Source of the DNA: an uncultured Actinomycetota bacterium
GTDB taxonomy: Bacteria; Actinomycetota; Actinomycetes; DATJPE01
Assembly: GCA_963736655.1 (NCBI GenBank)
Contig: CAVTPM010000005.1
Location: 453,295 to 517,294, forward strand
Direction of reading: 5' to 3'
Length of the DNA stretch: 64,000 bases
Below the pieces are notes generated by a model that was not told the DNA's origin, did not search any database, and was given only the letters and a program-made list of their open reading frames with translations. Both the position numbers and the translations under genes were made by a program. Each line of letters starts with the position of its first letter. Position 1 is the stretch's first letter. Of this stretch, positions 53,871 through 64,000 are shown piece after piece.

Positions 53871-54539
53871 TCAGTTCGAGGAGTACGGCCGGCGGGTGTA
53901 CTCGACTGCGGGCAGCGACGGAAGGTGGCGCAGCAGCGCGTCCTCGTGACGCAGCATGGCGAGCTCCAGGCGGAGTCGGGTCGAGGTGTCGGGTGCGGCG
54001 AGCACCGCCTGCTTGTCGGGCAGGTCGAGGACCATCGCGGCACCGATCAGGTAGGACAGCACCAGGGGGTCGTCGGGGAGGCCTCCGCCGTCGTCCTCGT
54101 GGCCCTGGGTGGCGAGCAGGGCGGCTCGGTAGGAGAGGAAGGCGGCGCCGACCGAGCGGGCGAGGACGTCGACCTCGAGCCCGGCCGGCTCGTCGAGCCA
54201 CTCGACGTCGCCCTGGAGGTAGGGCAACGAGGTGTCCACGGAGAGCAGCCGGAACCGGCTGGCGCCCGAGCTGACCACATCGAAGCGTCCGTCGGCATGG
54301 CTCTCCACCCCCCGGACCTCGGCCGCGCAGCCGACGTCGTGCAGGGCATGGATGCCGTCGGCGCCGACCTCGTGCCCCTCGCGGATCGCCACGACGCCGA
54401 ACTGCCGGGGTTCGTCGTCGGGCTGTGCCAACAGGGTGCGGACGAGCAACCGGTACCGCTCCTCGAAGATGTGCAGCGGGAGCAGGAGGCCGGGGAACAG
54501 CACGCTGCCCAGGGGGAACAACGGGATCCGCTCGGCCAC
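53871..54539 (-). CDS. LON N-terminal (substrate-binding) domain protein
   Basis: Intact 222 aa. IPLFPLGSVLFPGLLLPLHIFEERYRLLV...FGVVAIREG. Confidence 0.8.
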   Translation of the reverse strand: MAERIPLFPLGSVLFPGLLLPLHIFEERYRLLVRTLLAQPDDEPRQFGVVAIREGHEVGADGIHALHDVGCAAEVRGVESHADGRFDVVSSGASRFRLLSVDTSLPYLQGDVEWLDEPAGLEVDVLARSVGAAFLSYRAALLATQGHEDDGGGLPDDPLVLSYLIGAAMVLDLPDKQAVLAAPDTSTRLRLELAMLRHEDALLRHLPSLPAVEYTRRPYSSN

Positions 54540-54612
54540 GTGCCCGAGCCTAGAGCGCAGGGGCCCTCCGCGGCCGCTCGGCGAACCGCCGGGAGTTGCT
54601 TAGACTGGGTCC

Positions 54613-55917
54613 ATGATGCGGCGGATCGACCTGAGGGGTGTCGACCTCGACACCCTCGACCTGCGCGCGGTCGTGCCGCGGGCCGTCCTCGACGTCGAGG
54701 CCGCTCTCGAGGTCGTCCGACCGATCTGCGAAGACGTTCGCCTCCGCGGTGAAGCAGCGCTGCTCGACCTCGGTGAGCGCTTCGACGGGGTACGTCCGCC
54801 GTCCCTTCGCGTGCCTCAGGCGGCGCTCGACGAGGCACTGGCCAGCCTGGACCCTGACGTGCGTGCGGCCTTGGACGAGTCGATCCGCCGGGCCAGGATC
54901 GTCCACGCCGACCAGCGTCGTACCGACACCACGACCACGGTCTCCGCCGGGGGGACCGTCACCGAGCGCTGGGTGCCGGTGGACCGGGTCGGGCTGTACG
55001 TGCCGGGCGGGCTCGCCGTCTACCCGAGCAGCGTCGTGATGAACGTCGTGCCGGCCCAGGTCGCTGAGGTTCCCTCCCTGGCGGTCGCGTCACCCCCGCA
55101 GAAGGAGTTCGGCGGGCTCCCGCACCCGACGATCCTCGCGGCCTGCGCGCTGCTCGGTGTCGACGAGGTCTATGCCGTGGGCGGGGCCCAGGCCGTGGCC
55201 ATGTTCGCCTACGGCGCGGGGGAGTGCCGCCCCACGGTGCTCGTCACCGGTCCTGGCAACGTCTACGTGGCGGCCGCCAAGCGACTGCTCAAGGGCCGCA
55301 TCGGCATCGACGCCGAGGCGGGACCCACCGAGATCGCCGTGCTCGCCGACGACTCGGCGGACGCCTCCCACGTCGCGGCCGACCTGATCAGTCAGGCCGA
55401 GCACGACCCGCTCGCCGCTGCGGTCCTCGTCACCGACAGCGCTGAGCTCGCGAGCGCCGTCGAAGCCGAGCTCGTCGTCCAGGTCGCGGCCACCAAGCAC
55501 GTCGAGCGGATCACCGCGGCCCTCGGCGGCCAGCAGTCGGCGGTGGTCCTCGTCGACGACGTCGCCGCCGGGCTGCGCGTCGTCAACGGCTACGCGGCCG
55601 AGCACCTGGAGATCCAGACCCGTGATGCTCAGTCCGTCGCTGCGCGCGTGCGCAACGCTGGAGCCGTCTTCGTCGGCGCCTTCGCCCCGGTGACTCTCGG
55701 CGACTACTGCGCCGGCTCGAACCACGTGCTGCCGACGGGTGGGTGTGCCTGCCACAGCAGCGGCTTGTCGGTGCAGTCCTTCCTCCGCGGCATCCACGTC
55801 GTCGACTACGACCAGGACGCCCTCCGAGAGGTCGCTGATCGCGTCGTCTCGCTCGCCCACGCCGAGGACCTTCCCGCGCACGGGGCGGCGATCTCGGTAC
55901 GTTTCCCGCAGCGGTAG
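54613..55917 (+). CDS. hisD: Histidinol dehydrogenase
   Basis: Intact 434 aa. [15 protein letters not shown]...[12 protein letters not shown]...[11 protein letters not shown]...SQAEHDP...YAAEHLE...[13 protein letters not shown]. Confidence 0.92.
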   Translation: MMRRIDLRGVDLDTLDLRAVVPRAVLDVEAALEVVRPICEDVRLRGEAALLDLGERFDGVRPPSLRVPQAALDEALASLDPDVRAALDESIRRARIVHADQRRTDTTTTVSAGGTVTERWVPVDRVGLYVPGGLAVYPSSVVMNVVPAQVAEVPSLAVASPPQKEFGGLPHPTILAACALLGVDEVYAVGGAQAVAMFAYGAGECRPTVLVTGPGNVYVAAAKRLLKGRIGIDAEAGPTEIAVLADDSADASHVAADLISQAEHDPLAAAVLVTDSAELASAVEAELVVQVAATKHVERITAALGGQQSAVVLVDDVAAGLRVVNGYAAEHLEIQTRDAQSVAARVRNAGAVFVGAFAPVTLGDYCAGSNHVLPTGGCACHSSGLSVQSFLRGIHVVDYDQDALREVADRVVSLAHAEDLPAHGAAISVRFPQR

Positions 55918-56004
55918 GAGCCTTGGCGCTGCGCGGCAACTGCGCGTGCAACCTCGGAAACCTTCGATCTCGTGTGAAGGCTGGGAACCCGAGGCCGTGA
56001 GGAT

Positions 56005-56533
56005 GTGCCTGTGCGTGACGGGTGGACCAGTGACTTCCGGGACTGGGCGCTGTCCCGTCGCGGTGGTCTGCGGCGCACCGCGTTCTTGTTGTCGGGGGAC
56101 TGGTATCTGGGCGACGACCTGGTCCAGGAGACGCTCACCCGGTTGTTCGCCGTGTGGCAGCGCGTGGTCAAGGGCGGAGATCCCGATGCCTACGCCCGAC
56201 GGGTCCTGCTGAACCTGTATCTCGACCATCGTCGCCGTCCCGCGCGTCGTGAGCAGCCCCGTGCCGACCTCCCCGATCGCGCTAGCCGTCGAGCCGGACG
56301 AGGTCGGGAACCGCGACCAGCTGATCGCCGCGCTTCGCCAGGTCCCTCCCGGTCAACGTGCCGTGCTGGTGCTGCGGTTCTGGGAGGACCTGTCCGTCGA
56401 GCAGACCGCGCAGGCGCTGAGCACCAGCACCGGAAACGTGAAGAGCCAGACGAGCCGCGGGCTCGTCGCGCTTCGCGAGGCCCTTGCCGTGCAGGGCCTG
56501 TCCGACCTGTTGACCGTCCAGGAGCAGTCATGA
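56005..56533 (+). CDS. ECF-type (SigE-family) RNA polymerase sigma factor; frame break ~56250
   Basis: Region 2 reads LLSGDWYLGDDLVQETLTRLFAVWQRV...DAYARRVLLN. Region 4 reads QRAVLVLRFWEDLSVEQTAQALSTSTGNVKSQTSRGL. ORFs 56005.. and 56249..56533 join. Confidence 0.75.
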
Positions 56534-57558
56534 GCGACACCGAGGTCCGCCGGCTCTTCGAAGCTGCGCTGCAAGGGTCCACTGACGGACACCACCGACG
56601 TCGACGAGGCCGTCCGCTCAGGTCGCCGGCGTCGCCGCCGGAGTCGGGCGACCGCAACGGTCCTGTCCGCGGTCGGCGTCGTGGTGGTGGTGCTGGCGTT
56701 GACCGTGAGCGGCGCGCTGCCGGGTCGGGACCGTCTGGCTCCCACCGCGACGACCCCGCCCGCCAGCAGTGCGCCGGTGAGTCCCTCGGCAGCAGCCCCC
56801 GAGGGCGAGCTGGTCACCGACGAGTCGCAGCTCGTCGGCACCTGGCTGACGGTGCAGCTGTCGGGTCGCGACGTGAGCAACCTGCGGGATCGTTCGGGCG
56901 ATCCGTTGTATCTGGAGTTCGGGCGGTTTGCGGGCGAGTGGGGGTGGGGGGCCAACGACGGCTGCAACCAGCACTTCGGCAACTTCGCGGTCGGTCGCGC
57001 TGGCACGTTCCGGACCGTCGGGGACGGGTCCACGCTGGTGGCGTGCCTCGGGGGGTTGGACGAGCCCGAGAACGTCAGCGCGGTCACGACGGCGGACGCA
57101 GGCCCGGATCCGTCCCGCGACGGGGACGGCGCCCGCCCGGCTGTACCTGTCGAGGAACGGCACCGTCGTCGGCGGTCTACGACCTCTACAGCCACAGCAG
57201 TCCCGGGCCCCGGACCTATGCGAGCACGCTGACGTCAGGCGCTGGCGACGGTTCCGGGAGGGATGCGCTGGTCACCGGTGTCGTCACCGTCAACTCGGCA
57301 GACTGCGTGACCCTGGACGGAGCGACCACGATCTGGCCCGACGGCACCAGCTGGTCCGGCGTGCTGGGTGCTCTGCTCCTTCCCGACGGGACCACGGTCC
57401 TGGAAGGGCAGACCGTCAGCGGTGCCGGCCTCTCCTTGCCGAAGTCCGAGGCGAAGGCCTGGCTCGCGGATCCCGCGGGCCAACCCGCCTGCCCCTGGAC
57501 CGATGAGGTCCGCGTGTTCAACCCCGGTTCCGAGGTCACGCTGGTCGCCTCGCCTTAG
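56530..57558 (+). CDS. Anti-sigma-like single-pass membrane protein with an extracytoplasmic META (HslJ-like) domain; at least three frame breaks
   Basis: ATGA overlap with the sigma gene. MSDTEVRRLFEAAL, Arg-rich stretch, TM (VLSAVGVVVVVLALTV), then LVGTWLTVQLSGRDV...PLYLEFG...GANDGCNQHFGNFAV...STLVACLG...ARLYLSRNGTVVAVYDL. The C-terminal ~120 aa are of unknown type. Confidence 0.5.
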   Translation: MSDTEVRRLFEAALQGSTDGHHRRRRGRPLRSPASPPESGDRNGPVRGRRRGGGAGVDRERRAAGSGPSGSHRDDPARQQCAGESLGSSPRGRAGHRRVAARRHLADGAAVGSRREQPAGSFGRSVVSGVRAVCGRVGVGGQRRLQPALRQLRGRSRWHVPDRRGRVHAGGVPRGVGRARERQRGHDGGRRPGSVPRRGRRPPGCTCRGTAPSSAVYDLYSHSSPGPRTYASTLTSGAGDGSGRDALVTGVVTVNSADCVTLDGATTIWPDGTSWSGVLGALLLPDGTTVLEGQTVSGAGLSLPKSEAKAWLADPAGQPACPWTDEVRVFNPGSEVTLVASP

Positions 57559-57648
57559 GTCAGTTCGCCGGCGGCTTCGCTCCTAGTTGCCTGGCGGGTG
57601 AGGAAGTGTTTCCACAGAACGTGATTCGTTGGGGACGAGCGCGGCGGG

Positions 57649-57670
57649 TTGTCGGTGGCAAGGCTAGAAT
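57649..57670 (+). promoter_or_regulatory. RecA-NDp-like DNA-damage promoter motif for HNH copy 2
   Basis: TTGTCGGTG (57649-57), 7 nt, TAGAAT (57665-70), 7 nt, ATG 57678. The spacer is one nt shorter than the consensus N8. Confidence 0.5.
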
Positions 57671-57677
57671 CAGTTGT

Positions 57678-59080
57678 ATGTTCGATCTCTCGACTCCGTG
57701 GATGTGGCCGTGTCGGACACCGAGGCTGAGGTGGTTGCCCGGGTCCTGGCGGCTGAGTCCTGGTTGCGGGCGGCTGGCCCGGATGGTCCTTCGGGGCGGG
57801 GTCGGTCGAGGGCCGGTTGCGGGCGCAGGCCGCGGCCGGGGAGGCGCTGACCCGGCGTGGCGCAGGCGCGGAGCTTGCGGGCGGTGGCCGGGCTGGCCGA
57901 GGAGCTGCGGGCCGAGGACCTGTCCCGGGCTGGGGTCCGTGGGGGTCGGGTGGGTGAGTTCGTCGCCGATCAGGTCGCGGTGACTGCTGGGGGTGTCCCG
58001 GCGCACGCGCGGAGGTCCGGATCGAGGACGCGGTCGCGTTGACGTCGCGGCTCCCGAGGACGTTGGCGGCTCTGGAGGTCGGGATCGTGTCGTTGCCGGT
58101 CGCGCGGGTGCTGGCCCGGGAGACCGAGCACACCGACCCGGTCACCGCCGGGGAGGTCGAGGCCAGGGTGCTGGACACCCTCGGGCGTGGGGTCATCGAC
58201 GGACCTCGGTCGGCTCGACGGTGGAGGAGGTGCTGTTCGTGGGTGGGTTGCACCCCGACCGGGTGGCCCAGGTCGCCCCACGGGCCACCGCCGGGGTCGT
58301 GCGGTCCCTGGCGCGGCGGGCGGTGGCCGACCTGGACGCCGACGCGGTGCGTGAGCAGCGCGAGCGGGCCAGGGCCGGGCGGGACGTGGAGCTGATGCCC
58401 GGGCGGCCCGGGATGGTCTGGGTCGGTGCGCAGGTCCCCGAGGCCACCGGGTGCGCGATCTACCACCGCCTCGACACCCAAGCCCGCGCCCTGACCCGGT
58501 CCGAGGACGAGACCCGGACCCTGGGCCAGCTCCGCGCGGACCTGTTCACCGACCTGCCTCCTCGGCGGCGACCCCAGTACCGGCGGTCCCGGCGCAGGTC
58601 CCGGGCCGGTGGTGAACGTGGCTGTCACGATCGACCGGACCGGGCAGGTGACCGCCGACCACCTCGGCCCGGTCACCCCCGACGACGGTCACCGACCTGA
58701 TCGCGCTGGCCGCGCGCACCGGGGGTCGGGTGACGCACCCGGAGGTCGCCGCACTGGCCTGCCCGGGTGTCCATGACGGGCCGGGGCGTTACCGGCCGTC
58801 CCCGGCGCTGGTCGCCGCGGTGATCGCCCGCGACCTGACCTGCCGGTTCCCCGGCTGCACCGTCCCGGCGACCGGTTGCGACCTCGACCACGTCAACCCG
58901 CACCCGCACGGCCCGACCTGCATCTGCAACCTCTGCACCTTGTGCCGACACCACCACCGACTCAAGACCCACGGCGGGTGGACCCTCACCCACCACGGCA
59001 ACGGCCACTTCACCTGGCGCGACCCCACCGGAACGACCTACGACGTCTGGCCCGACCACCCACCGCCGAGAACCGACTAG
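57678..59080 (+). CDS. DUF222 + HNH endonuclease-motif protein (REP13E12-like), copy 2, fragmented over three frames (at least four breaks)
   Basis: ATG 57678 opens MFDLSTP... Colinear pieces: ...RTLAALEVGIVSLPVARVLARETEH..., ...AVADLDADAVREQRERARAGRDVELMPGRPGMVWVGAQVPEATGCAIYHRLD..., and an intact HNH end CRFPGCTVPATGCDLDHV...CNLCTLCRHHHRLKTHGGW (ORF 58730..59080). Confidence 0.65.
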
Positions 59081-59897
59081 ATCCATGAAGAGGGCGGGTC
59101 TGCTTCGTAGCGGACCAGGCTGTCGTTGCGGAACAGCTCGTCGTCGGCGACCACCTGACCGGTGGCTCGGTCGACCTCCCGACGATGGAGGACGTTCTGG
59201 CGGTAGACCAGGCCGTCGGTCTTCCGGACGAACCGAGCGTCCGACTCGTACACCTGGTACTCCAGCGGCGGTGCAGAACTGGCGCGGAGCTCGCCGCGCA
59301 GATGGATGGCGTCGAAGCCCAGCCGGATCTGGAAGACCAGGCGGCGTGGGGTTCGTGGCCTTCAGGTCGAGCACTCGCCAGGCTGAGCGTGGCGCCGGTA
59401 CCGAACGGCACCGATCGGCCGTCGTCGGGAAACGGGTCGATGCTGTGGTGGTGCCGCTCGACGATGTCGAGCGGGCTGTGCAGGAACATCCAGTGCAGGA
59501 GGTTCCCGATCTGGCACAGACCACCACCCACGCCCGACGTCGGTGCCCCGCCGCGCAGCACCAGACCGGGCAGGTATCCCTTGCGTGCCGACGCGTTGCC
59601 GACCAGATGCCAGAACGAGAACGTCTCGGCCGGCTCGATGACGACACCGTCCAGGCGTGAAGTCGCGAGCTCAAGGTTGACCACTTTGTTGTGCTGCAGG
59701 GTCATGTCCACGTCGCCGAGCTGGCGGAGCAGCACAGACTGGTGCCGGAACACCAGGAACGGCAGGTCGCGGGTGTCGACGCGGGTGGCGTACAGGTACC
59801 CCTTGCGCGCGTCGCTGAGCCGTTTGACGGTGCGGCGCTGTGCAAGCCGCAACGGAACCAGCCGGGGGAACCGTTCGGTCAGCAAGGCTCTGGCCAT
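59077..59897 (-). CDS. VanW-family protein; two frame breaks (~59385, ~59340); alternative start 59981
   Basis: MARALLTERFPRLVPLRLAQRR...HQSVLLRQLGDVDMTLQHNKVVNLELA...ETFSFWHLVG...GGGLCQIGNLLHWM...PFGTGATLS, then WRVLDLKATNP and LVFQIRLGFDAIHLRGEL...DELFRNDSLVRYEAD in other frames. Its stop shares the CTAG at 59077-80 with the HNH copy 2 stop. Confidence 0.7.
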
Positions 59898-59989
59898 CGC
59901 ACTCCCGCGGTCCTCGAGGACTGCTCGCAACGTACACGTCCGGACTGCGGACACGCGGAGAAGGCCGAAGGACCGGCGCATACCCTTGA

Positions 59990-61137
<1,148 letters not shown>

Positions 61138-61141
<4 letters not shown>

Positions 61142-61731
61142 GCCGTACCGCCCGCGTCCAGCGGACGACCAAGGAGTCCGACGTCTTCGTCGAGCTCGAC
61201 CTCGACGGCACCGGGGTCACCGAGATCGACACCGGGGTGCCGTTCTTCGACCACATGCTGGCCCAGCTCGGCCGGCACGGGGGTTTCGACCTCACCGTGC
61301 GCACGCGAGGCGACCTCGAGGTCGACGCCCACCACACGGTCGAGGACACCTCGCTGGCCTTGGGCCAGGCGCTGCGCGAGGCGCTCGGTGACAAGGCCGG
61401 GATCCGGCGTTTCGGTGACGCCCTGGTACCCCTGGACGAGACCTTGTGCCAGGCCGCCGTGGACCTGTCCGGACGGCCGTACGTCGTCCACGTCGAGCCC
61501 GACCTCGTCGAGCTCATCGGCACCTACGACACCTCGCTCACCCGTCACATCTGGGAGTCGATCAGCGCCTCGGCGCAGATCTGCCTGCACGTGCGCGTGC
61601 TCGCCGGCCGGAACGCCCACCACATCGCGGAGGCGCAGTTCAAGGCCGTCGCCAGGGCCCTGCGTGACGCGGTGGCTCTCGACGCCCGCGTCGTGGGCGT
61701 GCCCTCGACCAAGGGCACCCTCTCGTCGTGA
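61138..61731 (+). CDS. hisB: Imidazoleglycerol-phosphate dehydratase
   Basis: Intact 197 aa. GTGA overlap with his[20 protein letters not shown]...DAHHTVEDT...[17 protein letters not shown]. Confidence 0.92.
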
Positions 61732-62364
61732 CCCGTCCGGTGGTCGTGGTCCTCGACTACGGCTCAGGCAACCTGCGGTCCGCCGAGCGCGCGCTGGCCC
61801 GGGCCGGCGCCGAGGTGACGGTCACCGATGATCGGCGGGCGGCCGAGAACGCAGCACGGCCTCGTCGTGCCCGGTGTGGGGGCTTTCGCCGCGTGCATGG
61901 CTGGACTGCGTGAGGTCGGGGGTCCTCAGGTGATCGACCGTCGGTTGGCCGGTGGCCGTCCCGTGCTGGGCATCTGCGTCGGCATGCAGGTGCTCTTCGA
62001 CCTCGGCGTCGAGCACGGGGTCGAGACCACCGGGTGCGGGGAGTGGCCCGGCACCGTCGAACGGCTCGACGCTCCGGTCCTGCCGCACATCGGGTGGAAC
62101 ACCGTCGAGGTCCCCGAGGGCTCGACGCTCTTCGACGGCGTGGTCGGGGAGCGGTTCTACTTCGTGCACAGCTACGGGGTGCGTCGCTGGGTCCTGCCGG
62201 AGCCCGAGCGGGGACCCGTACCCGTCGTGACCTGGGCGCGTCACCACGACCGGTTCGTGGCCGCGGTCGAGAACGGCCCGCTGTCCGCGACGCAGTTCCA
62301 TCCCGAGAAGTCCGGCGATGCCGGCGCGCACCTGCTGGCGACCTGGGTGAGGAGCCTGACATGA
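61728..62364 (+). CDS. hisH: Imidazole glycerol phosphate synthase glutaminase subunit; frame break ~61850
   Basis: [18 protein letters not shown] / [13 protein letters not shown]...[12 protein letters not shown]...PHIGWN...FYFVHSY...QFHPEKSG. Confidence 0.85.
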
Positions 62365-62591
62365 CCCGCAAGACCGCTGCCCAGCGTCGGCGCGAGCGAC
62401 GGCTGCGCATCATCGCGTGGGTCGTGCTGATCTCCCTCGCCGCGTTCGCGATCAGCCGCTTCCTGCAGCTGCCCGGCTGGGGTCAGGCGGTCATCGTGGT
62501 GGGACTCCTGCTGCTCGGCCTGCTGTGGTTCCTCCTCAGCCGAAGGCACGAGATCGCCGAGGAGATGGATCGCATCCGGGACGACGAGTGA
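62361..62591 (+). CDS. Small (76 aa) Arg-rich two-TM membrane protein
   Basis: ATGA overlap with the hisH stop; GGTGAGGAG upstream; GC3-rich codons. [31 protein letters not shown]...[17 protein letters not shown]. Confidence 0.5.
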   Translation: MTRKTAAQRRRERRLRIIAWVVLISLAAFAISRFLQLPGWGQAVIVVGLLLLGLLWFLLSRRHEIAEEMDRIRDDE

Positions 62592-62606
62592 CCCGGTGAC
62601 GTCGTC

Positions 62607-62942
62607 GTGAGCAAGGAACGCGCCGCTCGTCGTGCCCAGCGCGAGGCCGAGCAGGCAGCGACGGCTGCCGCGCGGGCGCGCCGTGCTGCTCGTCGACGCC
62701 GCACGACGTCCGTGCGCGCGGCCCTGGCTGCGCCGTTCGTCAGGCTGGGTCGGCGTGGCCGCCGGGCTGTGACGACCTTCGGGCGGCGGACCCGCGGCCA
62801 GCGCATCGTGCTCATCGGGGCAGCGCTGTTCGTCCTCCTTGGGTTGTCCCTCGCCTCCACCTGGGGCCTGCGCTTCGTCATCGTGGGCCTCACCGCACTC
62901 CTGCTGCCGGTGGCCTGGACCTTGGTGTCCGGGCGACGTTGA
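62607..62942 (+). CDS. Small (111 aa) Arg-rich two-TM membrane protein
   Basis: GTG start 15 nt after the previous stop. Long basic N-terminus ([25 protein letters not shown]), then IVLIGAALFVLLGLSLA and FVIVGLTALLLPVAWTLV. Confidence 0.45.
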   Translation: MSKERAARRAQREAEQAATAAARARRAARRRRTTSVRAALAAPFVRLGRRGRRAVTTFGRRTRGQRIVLIGAALFVLLGLSLASTWGLRFVIVGLTALLLPVAWTLVSGRR

Positions 62943-62963
62943 GCGGCGCCTAGGCTGCGCGTC

Positions 62964-63692
62964 GTGACTGCTCACCTCGTGCTCCTGCCGGCTGTCGACG
63001 TCGCCGACGGCCAGGCCGTCCGGCTCGTCCAGGGTGCTGCCGGGAGCGAGACGTCCTACGGCGACCCGCTCGCTGCGGCGCTCGCCTGGCAGGAGGCGGG
63101 GGCGGAGTGGATCCACCTGGTCGACCTCGATGCCGCGTTCGGGCGCGGGTCCAACCGCACGTTGCTCGCCGACGTCGTCGACCGTGTCGACGTCCAGGTC
63201 GAGCTGTCAGGAGGCATCCGCGACGACGCCTCGCTGGCTGCGGCCCTCGCGACCGGCTGCCGCAGGGTCAACCTGGGGACGGCGGCGCTCGAGGACCCGG
63301 AGTGGTGCCGTCGCGCGATCGGCGAGCACGGCGACCGGATCGCGGTCGGCCTCGACGTCCGGGGGACGACGCTCGCGGCCCGCGGCTGGACCGAGGAGGG
63401 CGGTGACCTCTGGGAGGTGCTCGACCGGCTCGAGCGGGACGGCTGCGCCCGGTACGTCGTCACCGACGTGACCAAGGACGGCACGCTCCAGGGCCCCAAC
63501 CTCGACCTGCTCGAGGAGGTCTGCGCCCGCACGAAGCGTCCGGTGGTCGCCTCCGGTGGCGTCTCGTCCCTGGCCGACCTGGACGCCCTGGCCAGGCTCG
63601 TGCCGCTCGGTGTCGAGGGCGCCATCGTCGGTAAGGCCCTCTACGCCGGCGCCTTCACCCTCGTCGAGGCGTTGGCGGCGACCCGTGGCTGA
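62964..63692 (+). CDS. priA: Phosphoribosyl isomerase A (bifunctional HisA/TrpF type in Actinobacteria)
   Basis: Intact 242 aa. [18 protein letters not shown]...[12 protein letters not shown]...ELSGGIRDD...[15 protein letters not shown]...[11 protein letters not shown]...GAIVGKALY. Confidence 0.9.
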   Translation: MTAHLVLLPAVDVADGQAVRLVQGAAGSETSYGDPLAAALAWQEAGAEWIHLVDLDAAFGRGSNRTLLADVVDRVDVQVELSGGIRDDASLAAALATGCRRVNLGTAALEDPEWCRRAIGEHGDRIAVGLDVRGTTLAARGWTEEGGDLWEVLDRLERDGCARYVVTDVTKDGTLQGPNLDLLEEVCARTKRPVVASGGVSSLADLDALARLVPLGVEGAIVGKALYAGAFTLVEALAATRG

Positions 63693-64000
63693 CGTCGAGC
63701 GGCTCGGCAGCGGCGGCCCCTGGGAGGACGTCGTCGGCTACTCCCGCGTCGTCCGGGTGGGCGACACCGCCTGGACCGCCGGCTGCACGGCGACCGTCGA
63801 CGGGGTGGTCCAGCACCCCGACGACGCCTACGCCCAGGCGCTCGTCGCCTTCGAGGTCGCGTTGTTCGCCCTTGCCCGGGTGGGGTTCGACACCGACGAC
63901 GTCGTCCAGACCCGCATGTACGTGCTCCGGGCCGACGACGCCGACGCCGTCGGACGGGCGCACGCCGAGCTGTTCGCAGACGTACGCCCCGCCGCGACGA
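63685..64000 (+). CDS. RidA/YjgF-family protein, 3' end off-window
   Basis: GTG 63685 overlaps the priA end. [24 protein letters not shown]...[14 protein letters not shown]...VVQTRMYV. The position between priA and hisF matches remembered Streptomyces synteny. Confidence 0.6.
   Translation, partial: MADVERLGSGGPWEDVVGYSRVVRVGDTAWTAGCTATVDGVVQHPDDAYAQALVAFEVALFALARVGFDTDDVVQTRMYVLRADDADAVGRAHAELFADVRPAAT

Noticed and set aside
55918-56004. Possible ECF autoregulatory promoter (GGAAAC / GGGAAC elements) upstream of the sigma gene
   Set aside because: I could not pair either GGAAC-like element with a credible -10 (CGT/GTT-type) at 16-17 nt spacing, so no promoter call is made.
57555-58676. 373-aa minus-strand ORF across the second HNH locus
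   Set aside because: The plus strand carries recognisable DUF222/HNH segments plus the promoter-ATG architecture shared with copy 1. The minus translation is Pro/Arg-rich with no recognisable motifs.

Overview
Very GC-rich actinobacterial chromosomal segment with strong GC3 codon bias. Almost all of it is conserved core genome. Gene order: HEPN-like gene fragment, dnaE2, dinB; DUF3040; minus-strand triad of transglutaminase-like protein, DUF58 and MoxR; MaoC dehydratase. Next comes a complete dcw division/cell-wall cluster (mraZ-rsmH-ftsL-ftsI-murE-murF-mraY-murD-ftsW-murG-murC-ftsQ-ftsZ), followed by pgeF-yggS-sepF-yggT-divIVA. Then an orphan gene, ileS (minus) with a T-box leader, a DUF222/HNH gene, a DdbA-like histone-tail/DksA zinc-finger gene, lspA, rluD, a GNAT gene and an aldo/keto reductase. 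Then dnaE1, DUF3352, livKHMGF, an amidohydrolase, a membrane protein, a class-V aminotransferase, ybaK and a Lon-N domain protein. The window ends with hisD ... hisC-hisB-hisH-(two small membrane ORFs)-priA-RidA. hisD and hisC are split by a ~4 kb insert carrying an ECF sigma factor, a META-domain anti-sigma-like protein, a second DUF222/HNH gene and VanW. I saw no rRNA, tRNA, CRISPR array, transposase or integrase. Major caveat: at least ~40 conserved genes or gene parts change reading frame by one base, including essential murE, murF, murC, ftsW, ftsQ and ileS. I read these as sequence errors, so such genes are called CDS with approximate break positions rather than pseudogenes. The most interesting signals are as follows. 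(1) Both DUF222/HNH (REP13E12-like) genes carry a RecA-independent DNA-damage promoter motif on a leaderless ATG and sit inside otherwise conserved operon junctions. (2) The his operon is interrupted by an ECF-sigma/META/HNH/VanW insert. (3) The DdbA-like gene has near-identical 45-bp coding repeats. (4) Several unannotated-looking small membrane ORFs are translationally coupled inside the dcw and his operons. I cannot demonstrate a wholly new multi-gene system from sequence alone. All family assignments come from motif recognition, not from database searches.
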